In this document: in pieces, positions 50,443-60,439 of the stretch | Layout: each line of letters opens with the position of its first letter | Numbering within the stretch: the stretch's first letter is position 1 | Source: Rickettsiales bacterium | Lineage (GTDB): Bacteria; Pseudomonadota; Alphaproteobacteria; Rickettsiales; UBA6187 | Length of the DNA: 64,000 nucleotides | Direction of reading: 5' to 3' | NCBI GenBank assembly: GCA_040507985.1 | Contig: JBEVNR010000012.1 | Span: 111,905 to 175,904, forward strand | The notes under the pieces: model-generated | What the model was told of the DNA's origin: nothing | The model's input: the letters and a program-made list of their open reading frames with translations, nothing else | The model's database searches: none | Program-made: the position numbers and the translations under genes

Positions 50443-51867
50443 GTGACATGCAATACATCCATCAACGTCCATTGGTTTCGTGCGGACTTACGCCTCGGCG
50501 ACAATCCCGCGCTTACGCGCGCCGCCGCGGACGGCGCGGTTATGCCCATATATATTCTGGACGACGAAAACGCCGGAGAGCAGGCAATGGGCGGCGCGAG
50601 CCGCTGGTGGCTCCATCATTCGCTTAACGCGCTAAATCGTTCGCTCGGCGGTAAATTAAATCTCTATCGCGGCAACGCCGAGCATATTCTGCAAGACGTC
50701 GCAAAACGCCATCCGATTAAAGCCGTCTATTGGAACCGCTGCTACGAGCCATGGCGCGTCGCGCGTGACGCGCGCATTAAGGACGCATTAAAAAAACGAT
50801 ATCTTCGCGTTGAAAGCTTTAACGGATCGCTTTTGTGGGAGCCGTGGGAAATTAAGAAAAACGACGGCGAGCCGTATAAGGTGTTCACGCCCTTTTATCG
50901 TAACGGTTGCCTCAGCGCCGCCGCGCCGCACGATCCGCTCCCCGCGCCCGCGCGGTTGGAGGCCCTTGTCGATAATGCCGCGCACGGATTGCCGGCGCTT
51001 CGCTTGCTTCCGCGCATTCGTTGGGACAAGCAGTTGGAACCGCATTGGAACATTGGCGAGGAGGCCGCGCAAGAACGCTTATATGCGTTCTTAGAGGAGG
51101 GCATGCCGCATTATGCGGAAGGCAGAAACTTTCCCGCTAAGCCTTACGTATCCCGTCTTTCGCCGCATTTGCACGTCGGAGAAATTTCGCCGCGTCAAGC
51201 GTGGCATGCGGCGCGCGCGCGCGGCGACGACGTCAACGTCGATCGTTTTTGCGCCGAATTAGGATGGCGGGAATTTTCCTATCATCTGCTGTATCGTTTT
51301 CCGGAACTGCCCAACAAAAATCTGCAATCAACATTTGATCGCTTTCCCTGGCGTCGCGACGCCGACGCCCTTGCGCGATGGAAGCGCGGCTTCACCGGCT
51401 TTCCTATCGTCGACGCCGGCATGCGCGAGTTGTGGAACTCCGGGTACATGCATAATCGCGTGCGGATGATCGTCGGGTCGTTTCTGGTAAAAAATTTACT
51501 GCTCGATTGGCGTTGCGGCGAGCGGTGGTTTTGGGATTGCCTGGTTGACGCCGACCTAGCCAACAACGCGGCAAGTTGGCAGTGGGTCGCGGGGTGCGGC
51601 GCCGACGCCGCCCCGTATTTTCGCGTGTTCAATCCCGTTACCCAAGGCGAGAAGTTTGATCCCGACGGAAAATATACCCGCCGATGGGTTCCGGAGTTAA
51701 CGAAGTTGCCCGATCGCTATCTTTTCAAGCCGTGGGAGGCGCCGGAGTCAATCCTTCGAGACGCAGGCGTAACGTTGGGAAAAACCTATCCTACGCCGGC
51801 AACGGACATTTCCGAATCAAGGAAAAGGGCGCTCGCCGTTTTCTCCGGCCTTAAAAACAGCAAGTAG
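50443..51867 (+). CDS. phrB: Deoxyribodipyrimidine photolyase (class I CPD)
   Basis: WFR.DLRL.DN.AL, YKVFTPFY, SRLSPHL..GEISPR, GYMHNRVRM and N...WQW..G.G.DA.PY motifs. Confidence 0.95.
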   Translation: MTCNTSINVHWFRADLRLGDNPALTRAAADGAVMPIYILDDENAGEQAMGGASRWWLHHSLNALNRSLGGKLNLYRGNAEHILQDVAKRHPIKAVYWNRCYEPWRVARDARIKDALKKRYLRVESFNGSLLWEPWEIKKNDGEPYKVFTPFYRNGCLSAAAPHDPLPAPARLEALVDNAAHGLPALRLLPRIRWDKQLEPHWNIGEEAAQERLYAFLEEGMPHYAEGRNFPAKPYVSRLSPHLHVGEISPRQAWHAARARGDDVNVDRFCAELGWREFSYHLLYRFPELPNKNLQSTFDRFPWRRDADALARWKRGFTGFPIVDAGMRELWNSGYMHNRVRMIVGSFLVKNLLLDWRCGERWFWDCLVDADLANNAASWQWVAGCGADAAPYFRVFNPVTQGEKFDPDGKYTRRWVPELTKLPDRYLFKPWEAPESILRDAGVTLGKTYPTPATDISESRKRALAVFSGLKNSK

Positions 51868-52044
51868 ACGTATTATGTTTTTTCTTTTTTTTCCGCAACG
51901 AGTGACGCGTTTTTTTTATAGAATATAGGGAGGCTAGCGCAGCTAAAACCTTAAAGCAAAACGTCCATGAAAGTCATTTCAACCGATGGCGCCTAACAAA
52001 GGAAAAAAAGAAATAAGCTAAAGGAATACGCAAAAGGTTATCGT

Positions 52045-53517
52045 TTACGCATAGACGATGTGCTGACATTTCATTCCGATTTCTTTTGTAAGCCAAAAGG
52101 CAGAAGCCAATTCGGTTTTTTCGGAGTTATTTCCGCACGCGGCATACACATGGTTGACTTCCCTAAGCATATTTTTAAGTTCGTCGTATCGTTGTTGATG
52201 GTTGCTTTTAACTTCTTCCGTGAATCTAAGCGTATAGCAGCCTTGAAGCGAGGAGAATATCTTTTCTAAGGCATTCAGCGAATCATGCAACCGCTCCTCC
52301 GTTGCCTGTTGCCGTCGTCGTATGTCGGCGTTGGTTAACGTGTCGGCGGCGTTAAGCGCATCGGAGTTTTCCCTTGCAAAAGAAAGAAAAATCTTTGCGG
52401 TTTCGGTGAGATCATAGATATTGTGAGGTGACGCAGGGTCTTGATGTGATCCCAAGGGATAAAAATCGAATGTCTTTCTCATTCTTTTCCCAAACGCGTC
52501 GGCGGCGTTCGCCAGATTGCGCAAATTCTCGTTGTTGCGTGAAATATCGGAGATGGCGCGATCTCTTCCGGGAAAGCGAATTTTACGTCCGGCATTCACG
52601 AAGCGATTCCATAAAGACACGGGAGGCGGTTGGTTTGCCAGTTGCCGATTGAGACAGTCAAGTTTTTGCGTGAGTTCGTCGTCGCAATCGATTTCACGTA
52701 AGGCGATGAGGTCGGCGACGATTTTCTCAAGCATCTTTAGCGAAGCGGCGGTGCGGGAGTGCGGACTCCATTCAAGAAGCGTGGCGGCAAGAAGGCAATC
52801 AGTGACGTTCATTTCCAGGTTCATTTTCCATGCATAAGCGCTCGCGTATTGTTCTTGTAGTTCTCCGTAGGAAAGCGGAGCAAGCGCAGAGTTTTTCGGG
52901 CAAGAAGGAGCCTTAAGCATAGCGGAAAGTTTATTCTTCCAATCTTGTACCTTTTGAAATTCGGAATCCGTTAGCGTGCATGCCTTCGGCAGCATGGTGA
53001 CGAAGATCTTGAAGCGGTCGAGCATGCTTTTTCCTTCGGCATAACGCTTTCGGACGTCGTCAATCAGCTTCTTGTTATCGTCGGGAACGGGGGTAGACCT
53101 AAACCAAGAGAAGAGGCGCACCATCAAAGAGCGTTTGCTCTTTTTAGAAGCGACTTCCTTAACGACGGACGCTTGTACGCGAACGTGAGCGACGGGAAGC
53201 AGCGGCGTCGTTTCGTCTTCGCCATCGGAAGAAGCGGATTCACGTTTGCGACGGAACCAAGAGAGCCAACCGTCTTTCTTCTTTTTAAGAGGAGCCGGAG
53301 CAACATGATAGGTCACGTTGGCATGACACGTTTTTTCGTTATACGTGGCCGTATGGGATCGCTTGGATCGGGGAAGAAACCATTTTTTTATCCCACCCCA
53401 AAACGACGTTTGCTTGGCTGGAAGCTTCTCTTTCGGGGGCGGCGCATACGCAATACACGCCTTCCAAGCGTTTTCCTTCATAGCAAGAAACGCAGGCGTT
53501 ATCGTAAGGTTATGCAA
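52045..53517 (-). CDS. Orphan 490-aa protein
   Basis: Long ORF with basic N-terminal half and recurring Trp/Phe amphipathic motifs; helical C-terminal half. Confidence 0.65.
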   Translation of the reverse strand: MHNLTITPAFLAMKENAWKACIAYAPPPKEKLPAKQTSFWGGIKKWFLPRSKRSHTATYNEKTCHANVTYHVAPAPLKKKKDGWLSWFRRKRESASSDGEDETTPLLPVAHVRVQASVVKEVASKKSKRSLMVRLFSWFRSTPVPDDNKKLIDDVRKRYAEGKSMLDRFKIFVTMLPKACTLTDSEFQKVQDWKNKLSAMLKAPSCPKNSALAPLSYGELQEQYASAYAWKMNLEMNVTDCLLAATLLEWSPHSRTAASLKMLEKIVADLIALREIDCDDELTQKLDCLNRQLANQPPPVSLWNRFVNAGRKIRFPGRDRAISDISRNNENLRNLANAADAFGKRMRKTFDFYPLGSHQDPASPHNIYDLTETAKIFLSFARENSDALNAADTLTNADIRRRQQATEERLHDSLNALEKIFSSLQGCYTLRFTEEVKSNHQQRYDELKNMLREVNHVYAACGNNSEKTELASAFWLTKEIGMKCQHIVYA

Positions 53518-53700
53518 GTATGGTCTGACGATGGAATAGACGGTACGCTAACCGGCAGAATGATGGATGGTTAAAATGCGCGCGCCGAAGTAACTAACGG
53601 CTACCTATAACACAGTCATTATATAATTACCATAATATAATGTGGTGCGTCTCCCTGATAGTTCAATCAACTTAAGAAATTTTTCAAGCCTGAACTATTA

Positions 53701-53897
53701 GGCTGTATGCACTTTTTGAGCCATAGGCCGGCGTAGCTAAAACGGCCGGATTTTTGGTTTTTTTGCTGCAAATTCCATTCGTTTTTTAAAATAGTTCACT
53801 ATATCTTGCAAAAACGAATAAAATTTTAGCTTCGCCGGCCGGTGGCTCGCAAAAAAATCCCTGAAAATCGTCTCGTTTCCAAAAAGTGCACGCAGCC
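53701..53897. mobile_element. GGCTGTATGCAC-family MITE (complete TIRs, TA flanks)
   Basis: TA-GGCTGTATGCACTTTTT ... AAAAAGTGCACGCAGCC-TA; reverse orientation relative to 62213. Confidence 0.85.
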
Positions 53898-53987
53898 TAA
53901 TCCTATTCGTTATATTTCCTTGATTCTTCCTACGTTTTTTGCCACAAAAACAATCAGCGCCTATCTTAACGTAATCCTTGTATCGTA

Positions 53988-54761
53988 ATGCCGTTTTTCC
54001 TGCTGCTCTCTCCCGCCAAGAATATGCGCGAGTCTGCGCCATATTATCATTTTTGTCCAACCGTTCCCGAGGCATTGAACGAAGCGGAGGCGTTGATCGA
54101 GACGATGCGGGGTTTTTCCGTCGCCGACATACAACGTCTTATGGGAGTAAGCGACGCGATTGCCGAGTTGAACGCTCGTCGCTTTGCGGACTATGATACC
54201 GGGCGTTTAAGGCAAGGAGGCGGCGTTCCCGCATTGCTGGCGTTTAACGGAGACGTCTATCGCAACATCGCGACGGCAACCTACGGCGCGGACGATTTCG
54301 CCTTCGCCCAACGAAAAATTCGTATATTATCGGGCCTATACGGCCTGTTGCGGCCCTTCGACCTGATTTTACCCTATCGGCTAGAAATGGGATTAAAGCT
54401 TAAAACGCACGGCGCCGATAATCTATATGCGTTTTGGAAGGACAAAATGACCGATTTGCTTTCCCTCGCCGCGCGAGAAACCGGCGCCGGCCGGGCGCTG
54501 AACCTAGCGTCGCAGGAATATTTCGGCGCCGTCTCGGCGTCCCGCTTCGCCTTGCCGACGATTGCCGTCCATTTTAAGGAACGCACGCCAAAAGGGCTCC
54601 GCACGTTCGGCATTCTCGCCAAGAGGGCGCGCGGCATGATGGCCGACCATATCGTGCGGCGTCGCATCGACGACGTGGACGACGTCAAAAGTTTCAATCG
54701 GGAAGGCTATGCGTTCGCTCCCGAATTGTCGTCGGAAAAAGAATGGGTTTGGCAGAGGTAG
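53988..54761 (+). CDS. yaaA: Peroxide stress protein YaaA
   Basis: LLSPAK, AFNGDVY, ILSGLYGLLRP.D.I.PYRLEMG, NLASQEYF and AKRARG.M motifs. Confidence 0.95.
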   Translation: MPFFLLLSPAKNMRESAPYYHFCPTVPEALNEAEALIETMRGFSVADIQRLMGVSDAIAELNARRFADYDTGRLRQGGGVPALLAFNGDVYRNIATATYGADDFAFAQRKIRILSGLYGLLRPFDLILPYRLEMGLKLKTHGADNLYAFWKDKMTDLLSLAARETGAGRALNLASQEYFGAVSASRFALPTIAVHFKERTPKGLRTFGILAKRARGMMADHIVRRRIDDVDDVKSFNREGYAFAPELSSEKEWVWQR

Positions 54762-54779
54762 GGAGACGGAAATAAGGAA

Positions 54780-55274
54780 ATGAAAAACATAGGAATATTA
54801 GCGACGCTGCTATGCCTCGTCGGATGCGGTTTTTCTCCCGTCTACGCCGTGAAGGAGAAAGGCGGCGCGCATCGGGAGGCGCTGGCGAGCGTCGACGTCT
54901 CCGCGCCGCAAACGCGCGAAGGCCAATTATTTGCGCGCGAGCTGTTAACGTTGCTGGGAGGCTCGGCGGAAAGGCCGATCGAGCCTCTCTATCGCGCCGA
55001 AGTGACGTTCAAGGAAGACGAATTGCCGCTTCACATTCGCCGGGATCGCATCGTTACCCGGTATCGCATGCATATCGACGGACGATACGTGTTGCGCCGC
55101 ATCGTGGATAACGCTATCATCACGGAAGGGACCGTCTCGTCCACCGGCGGGTATGACCGCGTCGATTCCGACTATTCCACCTACGTCTCCCGCCGCGAAT
55201 TGCGCGAAAGGCTGGTGAAGGCGCTGGCGGAGGAATGTCGCCGCCGGTTAGCCACCTCGCCCGTCGCGTTCTAA
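54780..55274 (+). CDS. lptE: LPS assembly lipoprotein LptE
   Basis: Lipobox LVGC, GFSPVY and alpha-type LptE pattern. Confidence 0.75.
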   Translation: MKNIGILATLLCLVGCGFSPVYAVKEKGGAHREALASVDVSAPQTREGQLFARELLTLLGGSAERPIEPLYRAEVTFKEDELPLHIRRDRIVTRYRMHIDGRYVLRRIVDNAIITEGTVSSTGGYDRVDSDYSTYVSRRELRERLVKALAEECRRRLATSPVAF

Positions 55275-55286
55275 TGCGAGGAAAAT

Positions 55287-56051
55287 ATGCTAAACGATAT
55301 ATTTACCGTTCGCCCCTTGTCCGACGCCGACAAAGCCTCCATTCGGGCGTGCGGCGCGTGGAAAGAAGGCGCGCCCCTGCCTTTGGAAAGGCTGCGCTCG
55401 GTGCGCGTCGCCTATGTCGACTTTAACGGCGAAGAACATGCGGACGGCGACGTAACGGTGGCGGACGCCGCCGCCGACGCGGCGTGCGAAGCGTTTCGAC
55501 GCCTGTTCGAAATGCGTTTTCCAATCAATAGCATACGCCCCATTCATTGCTATGCGGGCGACGACGACGCCTCGATGGAAGACAATAATAGTTCCGCCTT
55601 CAATTATCGGCGCATCGCGGTCACGAACGTGATTTCGATGCATTCCTACGGCTTGGCGATAGACGTGAATCCGGAACAAAACCCTTACGGCATTTTAGGG
55701 GAGGACGATACGCACGAGGCGCAATTTTTTCCGAAAAAAGGCAAGCGTTACCTCAATCGCACGCATCTGCGTCCCGGAATGGTCGAGCCGATCGTCGGCA
55801 TATTTCGCGAATGCGGATTCACCGAATGGGGAGGTCATTGGGATTCCCCCCTAGACTGGCACCATTTTCAAACCGCTCGTCCCGTCGCGGAAATGATCGC
55901 CGCAATGGCGCCGGACGACGCCAAGACGTTGTTTACCCATACGCGACGTCATCCTTCCTTTATGCGCGACGCCGACGCGCAAGGAACGGCGAAAGAAATT
56001 GTGCGCTACCGAGCCGATCCTCTCGCGTTTATGGCGACGTTATCGCGATGA
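55287..56051 (+). CDS. M15-family metallopeptidase
   Basis: NNSSAFNYR, S.HSYGLAIDVNP, WGGHW and DWHHFQ motifs. Confidence 0.88.
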   Translation: MLNDIFTVRPLSDADKASIRACGAWKEGAPLPLERLRSVRVAYVDFNGEEHADGDVTVADAAADAACEAFRRLFEMRFPINSIRPIHCYAGDDDASMEDNNSSAFNYRRIAVTNVISMHSYGLAIDVNPEQNPYGILGEDDTHEAQFFPKKGKRYLNRTHLRPGMVEPIVGIFRECGFTEWGGHWDSPLDWHHFQTARPVAEMIAAMAPDDAKTLFTHTRRHPSFMRDADAQGTAKEIVRYRADPLAFMATLSR

Positions 56052-56821
56052 AAGCAACGGAGCCGGTGGCCTTTTCTTCCCCTTCGGAAGGCTCTCCGTT
56101 AAGGAGCGTCGATTGGGCGTCGCATATTCGCGAGTTGCGCAACCGCATATTGGCGTGCGCGGCGTTTTTTTTCGCGTCTTTTGTGATCGCCTATTGTTTT
56201 TCCGAAGAAATTTACGGATGGCTGGCAAAACCGTTGGCCGGTCGTCCCATGATTTATACCGGATTGACCGAAGCCTTTATGACCTACGTGCGGCTGGCGT
56301 CGTACGTCGCGACGATGGCGACGGCGCCGTTCGTGGCCGCCCAGCTCTATTTGTTCGCGGCGCCGGGCTTATATCGGTCCGAGAAAAAGGCGTCGCTTCC
56401 CGTCATATTAGGTTTTCCCGCGCTTTTTGTGGCGGGCGTGTGCATGGCCTATTACGGCGTCATGCCGGCCGCATGGAGTTTTTTTACCGGATTTGAACGC
56501 AGCGGCGGCGATTTTTCCTTGGTGCTGGAGGCGCGCGTGGCGGAATATTTGTCTTTCGTCGCCCAGCTTTGCTTCGCTTTCGGCATGGCGTTTCAATTTC
56601 CCCTTTTCATAGCCGGGCTTTCCGCCGCCGGCCTCGTTACCGCGAGCGCGTTGCGGAAAAAGCGACGGATCGCCTTGGTCGCCATCGCCTTCGTCGCCGC
56701 CGTCCTCACCCCGCCGGACGTGATAAGCCAAATTTTATTGGCCGTTCCCCTGGCGATTTTTTACGAAGCCACCATCCTTATTTGCCGTCGAATCGAAAAA
56801 AAACGCCAAAAATCAGCGTAA
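56048..56821 (+). CDS. tatC: Sec-independent translocase subunit TatC
   Basis: HIRELRNR, TGLTEAF, FAAPGLY..E, AFG..FQFP and AVLTPPD..SQ motifs; ATGA overlap. Confidence 0.95.
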   Translation: MKATEPVAFSSPSEGSPLRSVDWASHIRELRNRILACAAFFFASFVIAYCFSEEIYGWLAKPLAGRPMIYTGLTEAFMTYVRLASYVATMATAPFVAAQLYLFAAPGLYRSEKKASLPVILGFPALFVAGVCMAYYGVMPAAWSFFTGFERSGGDFSLVLEARVAEYLSFVAQLCFAFGMAFQFPLFIAGLSAAGLVTASALRKKRRIALVAIAFVAAVLTPPDVISQILLAVPLAIFYEATILICRRIEKKRQKSA

Positions 56822-57064
56822 TCCGTTCGTCGTTTTCGTATTTTATTAAGTCATGCATGCCATAATCTTTCGGTGCGCTTCAAAAAAGTGCACACGGCCT
56901 AATATAACGTTAGTATGAATATTGCGTATTAACCATTGTCTTTTGCGGAAGTTTAACGCGATTAACGTTGTTAATAAATGGATTTCTTTACTATAATTAA
57001 TTAAATGACGGGCGTCATGCGAGTTGTTATCGCACCTAAACGCGCCGCGCCGCAGGAATAAGTT

Positions 57065-58459
57065 TTGATTACGGAATGCATTATGCGACACACGAAGTTA
57101 TATGTTTTTTCTTTAGGGTGCGCCTTGGCAACCGGCGTCGTGAGCGTTCACGCCTATGCTGAAACCCCCAAAACCGGCGGCGTGAACACCGTAGTCAAAG
57201 GCAACACTCCCGCCGTGAAAGCAACCGTCACCGGAAATTCTCCCGATACCGTGAAGGTTGACGTAGACGTGAACGGCGCCTTGCTCGGCGAGAAAAAACT
57301 TCAACTTCCGACCAACGGAGAAGCCATACATTTAGAGGAATCGAAAAAATATGACAATGAAGACGGCAGCGCCGGCGCCACCGCGTCGGAAACCGTCGAC
57401 GGAAGCTGTAAGGCCGATCCGGCCGGCAACGGCATCATATGCGAAATCACGCGCAAGCACACCACTAAAGGCAACGCGAAAGACGTAAAGAAAACCGAAT
57501 CGGAAGGGCCTGGCGGACAATATCGCTGGTGCACGCTAAAAGAGGCGCTCGCCTCTAACGCCGAGGCGGGAGGCGACATTTGCGACGTGCGCATCGAAGG
57601 GCCGGGATACGGATTTTCCGACGTGCAAACCGTAAACATGAGCGACCCTAAACAATTAAAAGTCATTTTCTTGACCACGCCTAAAGTCTCCGGCGTATCG
57701 CTTGACGCAAAAAGCGGAAAATCCTTAAAAGCGACTCTTGCCAAAGATAAGCTTAAGGAAGTTCCCAAAGAATGCGGAGAAGGCGCCCAGGCCTATGTGG
57801 CGGACGGAGCGAAAGGCGATTTTTTCGCTTTCGGCAAAAACTCCTTTGACGTCGCCATCGACGTCGGCGGTAAAAAAACCACCGAACCTTTTGCCATCAC
57901 CATCAACAAAATAGACAAAAACGCCGCCGGCGACCCCTCGGACGAAGCCAAGAAAAAACTCGAAGACGCCTTTAAGGGCGTCGGCGGACGGGCCACCGGC
58001 GCCGACGTCGACATCGACACGAGCGGCGTGACGCTGCCGGATCATAATAAAAAAGACGATGATGAAGAGGAAAACGACACGGAAAATGATCGTGACCATA
58101 TCGTCAAAGGGGACCATGTCGGAAGAAATCATGACGATGCTGACGACGACGAGGACGCGGAAGACGACGACGAAGACGCGGGCGACGACGACGAAGACGC
58201 GGGCGACGACGACGAAGACGCGGGCGACGACGACGAAGACGCGGGCGACGACGACGAAGATGCGGGCGATGACGACGAAGATGCGGGCGATGACGACGAA
58301 GATGCGGGCGATGACGACGAAGACGGGGGCGATGACGACGAAGACGCCAACACCGACGACGAGGAAACCAACACGGACGACGAATTTACCGCGTGCTTAA
58401 AAGGTTCCACCAAAGCGGATTGCGTATGTCCGAAAGGCGCCGAAGTCGTATGCGAATAA
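57065..58459 (+). CDS. Secreted protein with a long acidic tandem repeat and Cys-rich C-terminus
   Basis: Signal peptide (VSVHAYA), beta-rich central region, DDDEDAG repeats, terminal C..G..K..C.CP.G..V.CE. Confidence 0.8.
   Translation: MITECIMRHTKLYVFSLGCALATGVVSVHAYAETPKTGGVNTVVKGNTPAVKATVTGNSPDTVKVDVDVNGALLGEKKLQLPTNGEAIHLEESKKYDNEDGSAGATASETVDGSCKADPAGNGIICEITRKHTTKGNAKDVKKTESEGPGGQYRWCTLKEALASNAEAGGDICDVRIEGPGYGFSDVQTVNMSDPKQLKVIFLTTPKVSGVSLDAKSGKSLKATLAKDKLKEVPKECGEGAQAYVADGAKGDFFAFGKNSFDVAIDVGGKKTTEPFAITINKIDKNAAGDPSDEAKKKLEDAFKGVGGRATGADVDIDTSGVTLPDHNKKDDDEEENDTENDRDHIVKGDHVGRNHDDADDDEDAEDDDEDAGDDDEDAGDDDEDAGDDDEDAGDDDEDAGDDDEDAGDDDEDAGDDDEDGGDDDEDANTDDEETNTDDEFTACLKGSTKADCVCPKGAEVVCE
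58142..58351 (+). repeat. 21-bp coding VNTR, 10 units (DDDEDAx)
   Basis: GACGACGACGAAGACGCGGGC occurs four times identically, followed by GAT-containing variants. Confidence 0.95.
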
Positions 58460-58487
58460 ACGGTTTTTCACGTTGACGGGACGTTCT

Positions 58488-59867
58488 CTAAGACCGACCT
58501 GACGAGTTTTTCTCATACGGATTGCCGCTTTTGCGAAGCATCAAGCGAACCGGAACGCCGCCTACGCCGAACGTTTCGCCCATGTCGTTCAGCAAGAAGC
58601 GTCTATAATGATCGGGCGTTTCGGCGGGATAGTTCACGAAAAGCGTGAAGGTGGGCGGACGCACGTTCCCTTGCGCGATGTATTTTAAGCGAATGGGGCG
58701 CTTGCGCTTGCCGAGCGGAGGAGGATTGCGACGCTCCGCCTCCTTCAGCCACGTGTTGAGTTTGTGGGTAGGAACCCGCATGTTCCATTTTTTATATACG
58801 TCGAAACAGGCTTTCATGAGGGCGTCCAATCCCTCGCCACGCAGCGCCGAGACGGGAATGCACGGCAGGTTGGAGACGGAAGGGATTTTCTTGGTGATAA
58901 CGTGGCGAATTTCCTCTAAATGCGGCCGCAAATTGCTGTGTTTGTCGCATTTATTCACCGCTATCACCAGGCAACGCCCCTCCCTTTCCGCCAGCGATGC
59001 GAGGGCCAAGTCTTGCCGCTCCAGCGGAGCGTCGATATCCACGAGAAGAATAACCACATGGGCGAAGCGCACCGAGCGCAATCCGTCGCCGACGGCCAGC
59101 GATTCGGCCTCTTCATGCACCGACGCTTTTTTGCGCATTCCGGCCGTGTCGGCCAACTCCACCGCCTTGCCCTTATAATCAAAGCGTACGCTCACCGTGT
59201 CGCGCGTAATGCCGGCCTCCGGTCCGGTCAGGCATCGCTCTTCGCCCAGCAACGCGTTGGTTAGCGTCGATTTTCCCGCGTTAGGACGGCCTACGATGGA
59301 CACGCGCAGCAGCTCCGCCTTTTCTTGCGCCGAAGAGACGTCGCTTTCTTGTTCTTGTTGCCCTGCCGCCTCCAGCGCGGAAAGCGCGGCGTCGATGGCG
59401 GGGTAGAGCTGGTCCAATCCCAATCCGTGTTCGGCGGAAACGCTCACTGTCGGCTCCATCCCCAGGCTTAGCGCGTCGAAATAGCCTTGTCCCTTTCGGT
59501 CGGCGTCGCTTTTATTTACCGCCAAAATGGCGGGTTTGCGCAATTTGCGGATTTTATCGACGAAATACCTATCAGCGGGAGTGGCGCCGCTTTTTCCGTC
59601 CACCACCAAGACCGCCAGATCGCAGTTTTGTAGGGCGACGTCGGTTTGCTTCATCATGCGGCCTTGCAGCGACTGCTCCGGCGCCTCTTCCAGTCCGGCC
59701 GTGTCGACGATGCGGCACCGGCGCCCGCAAATCTCCGCCTCCGCCTCCTTGCGGTCGCGCGTCATGCCGGGCATGGAGCTGACCAGCGCCGCCTTGCGTC
59801 CGCATATGCGGTTAAACAAGGTCGACTTGCCGACGTTGGGCCGGCCGACGATAGCGATGGAAAACAT
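58488..59867 (-). CDS. der: Ribosome biogenesis GTPase Der (EngA)
   Basis: Two G domains (GRPNVGKST, GRPNAGKST), DTAG twice, NK.D twice, KH-like C-terminus. Confidence 0.97.
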   Translation of the reverse strand: MFSIAIVGRPNVGKSTLFNRICGRKAALVSSMPGMTRDRKEAEAEICGRRCRIVDTAGLEEAPEQSLQGRMMKQTDVALQNCDLAVLVVDGKSGATPADRYFVDKIRKLRKPAILAVNKSDADRKGQGYFDALSLGMEPTVSVSAEHGLGLDQLYPAIDAALSALEAAGQQEQESDVSSAQEKAELLRVSIVGRPNAGKSTLTNALLGEERCLTGPEAGITRDTVSVRFDYKGKAVELADTAGMRKKASVHEEAESLAVGDGLRSVRFAHVVILLVDIDAPLERQDLALASLAEREGRCLVIAVNKCDKHSNLRPHLEEIRHVITKKIPSVSNLPCIPVSALRGEGLDALMKACFDVYKKWNMRVPTHKLNTWLKEAERRNPPPLGKRKRPIRLKYIAQGNVRPPTFTLFVNYPAETPDHYRRFLLNDMGETFGVGGVPVRLMLRKSGNPYEKNSSGRS

Positions 59868-59883
59868 AAGGGAGCGTTCTTCT

Positions 59884-60162
59884 TTATATGTGTTCGGCGG
59901 CGGGCGCGTCGGCCCTTACCACGCAGACGGCGTGCAGGTCGGCGTCCATAAAAGGCTTTAACGCGGAGTAAATCATTTTTTGCCTGGCCAAGCGCGAGAG
60001 TCCCGCAAATTTAGGCGAGACGACCTCCACCGAGATATGCGTCGCCGCGCCTTCCTTCCAGCCTCCGTGGCCCATATGGCCGGCGGAATCGTCGCTGAGC
60101 GTTACGTGCTCGGCGTCCAGCGCGTCGCAGAGGGCACGCCTATAGCGTTCAAGATCGTTCAT
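59884..60162 (-). CDS. bolA: BolA family protein
   Basis: DDS..H.GH, TH..VEVVS..F.G.SRL.RQ..IY and LHA motifs. Confidence 0.92.
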   Translation of the reverse strand: MNDLERYRRALCDALDAEHVTLSDDSAGHMGHGGWKEGAATHISVEVVSPKFAGLSRLARQKMIYSALKPFMDADLHAVCVVRADAPAAEHI

Positions 60163-60193
60163 TTTTCATCAACGTAAAAAACATGGCGACGCA

Positions 60194-60270
60194 TGGCGGT
60201 CCCGAGACGACTCGAACGTCCGACCTCTTCCTTCGGAGGGAAGCGCTCTATCCAACTGAGCTACGGGACC
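60194..60270 (-). tRNA. tRNA-Arg(CCG)
   Basis: Reverse complement GGTCCCGTAGCTCAGTTGGATAGAGCG CTTCC-CT-CCG-AA-GGAAG...GTTCGAGTC...CCGCCA; 77 nt. Confidence 0.95.
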
Positions 60271-60326
60271 GCAACCGACGCCTTTTCATCAAGTGATTTA
60301 CCGGCAAACCTTCCTTGCGTTCAAGC

Positions 60327-60343
60327 AAAAAGTGCATACAGCC
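60327..60343. repeat. Solo right TIR of the GGCTGTATGCAC MITE family (another degenerate one at ~56882-56899)
   Basis: AAAAAGTGCATACAGCC-TA is the exact reverse complement of the left TIR. Confidence 0.55.
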
Positions 60344-60439
60344 TAACGGAACGTCTATGCGCACAAATATAACGCTTGGCAAACCGCCTCCTTGGCCGTA
60401 TTTTACCTTCGCAGCAATTTATGTGCATATGTTGATATT

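Noticed and set aside
56955-56985. CtrA boxes upstream of the acidic-repeat gene
   Set aside because: TTAA half-sites are separated by 5 nt, not 7; only noted as periodic half-sites
58142-58351. CRISPR array
   Set aside because: The units are contiguous, in-frame 21-mers with no unique spacers, and no cas genes are present; this is a coding VNTR
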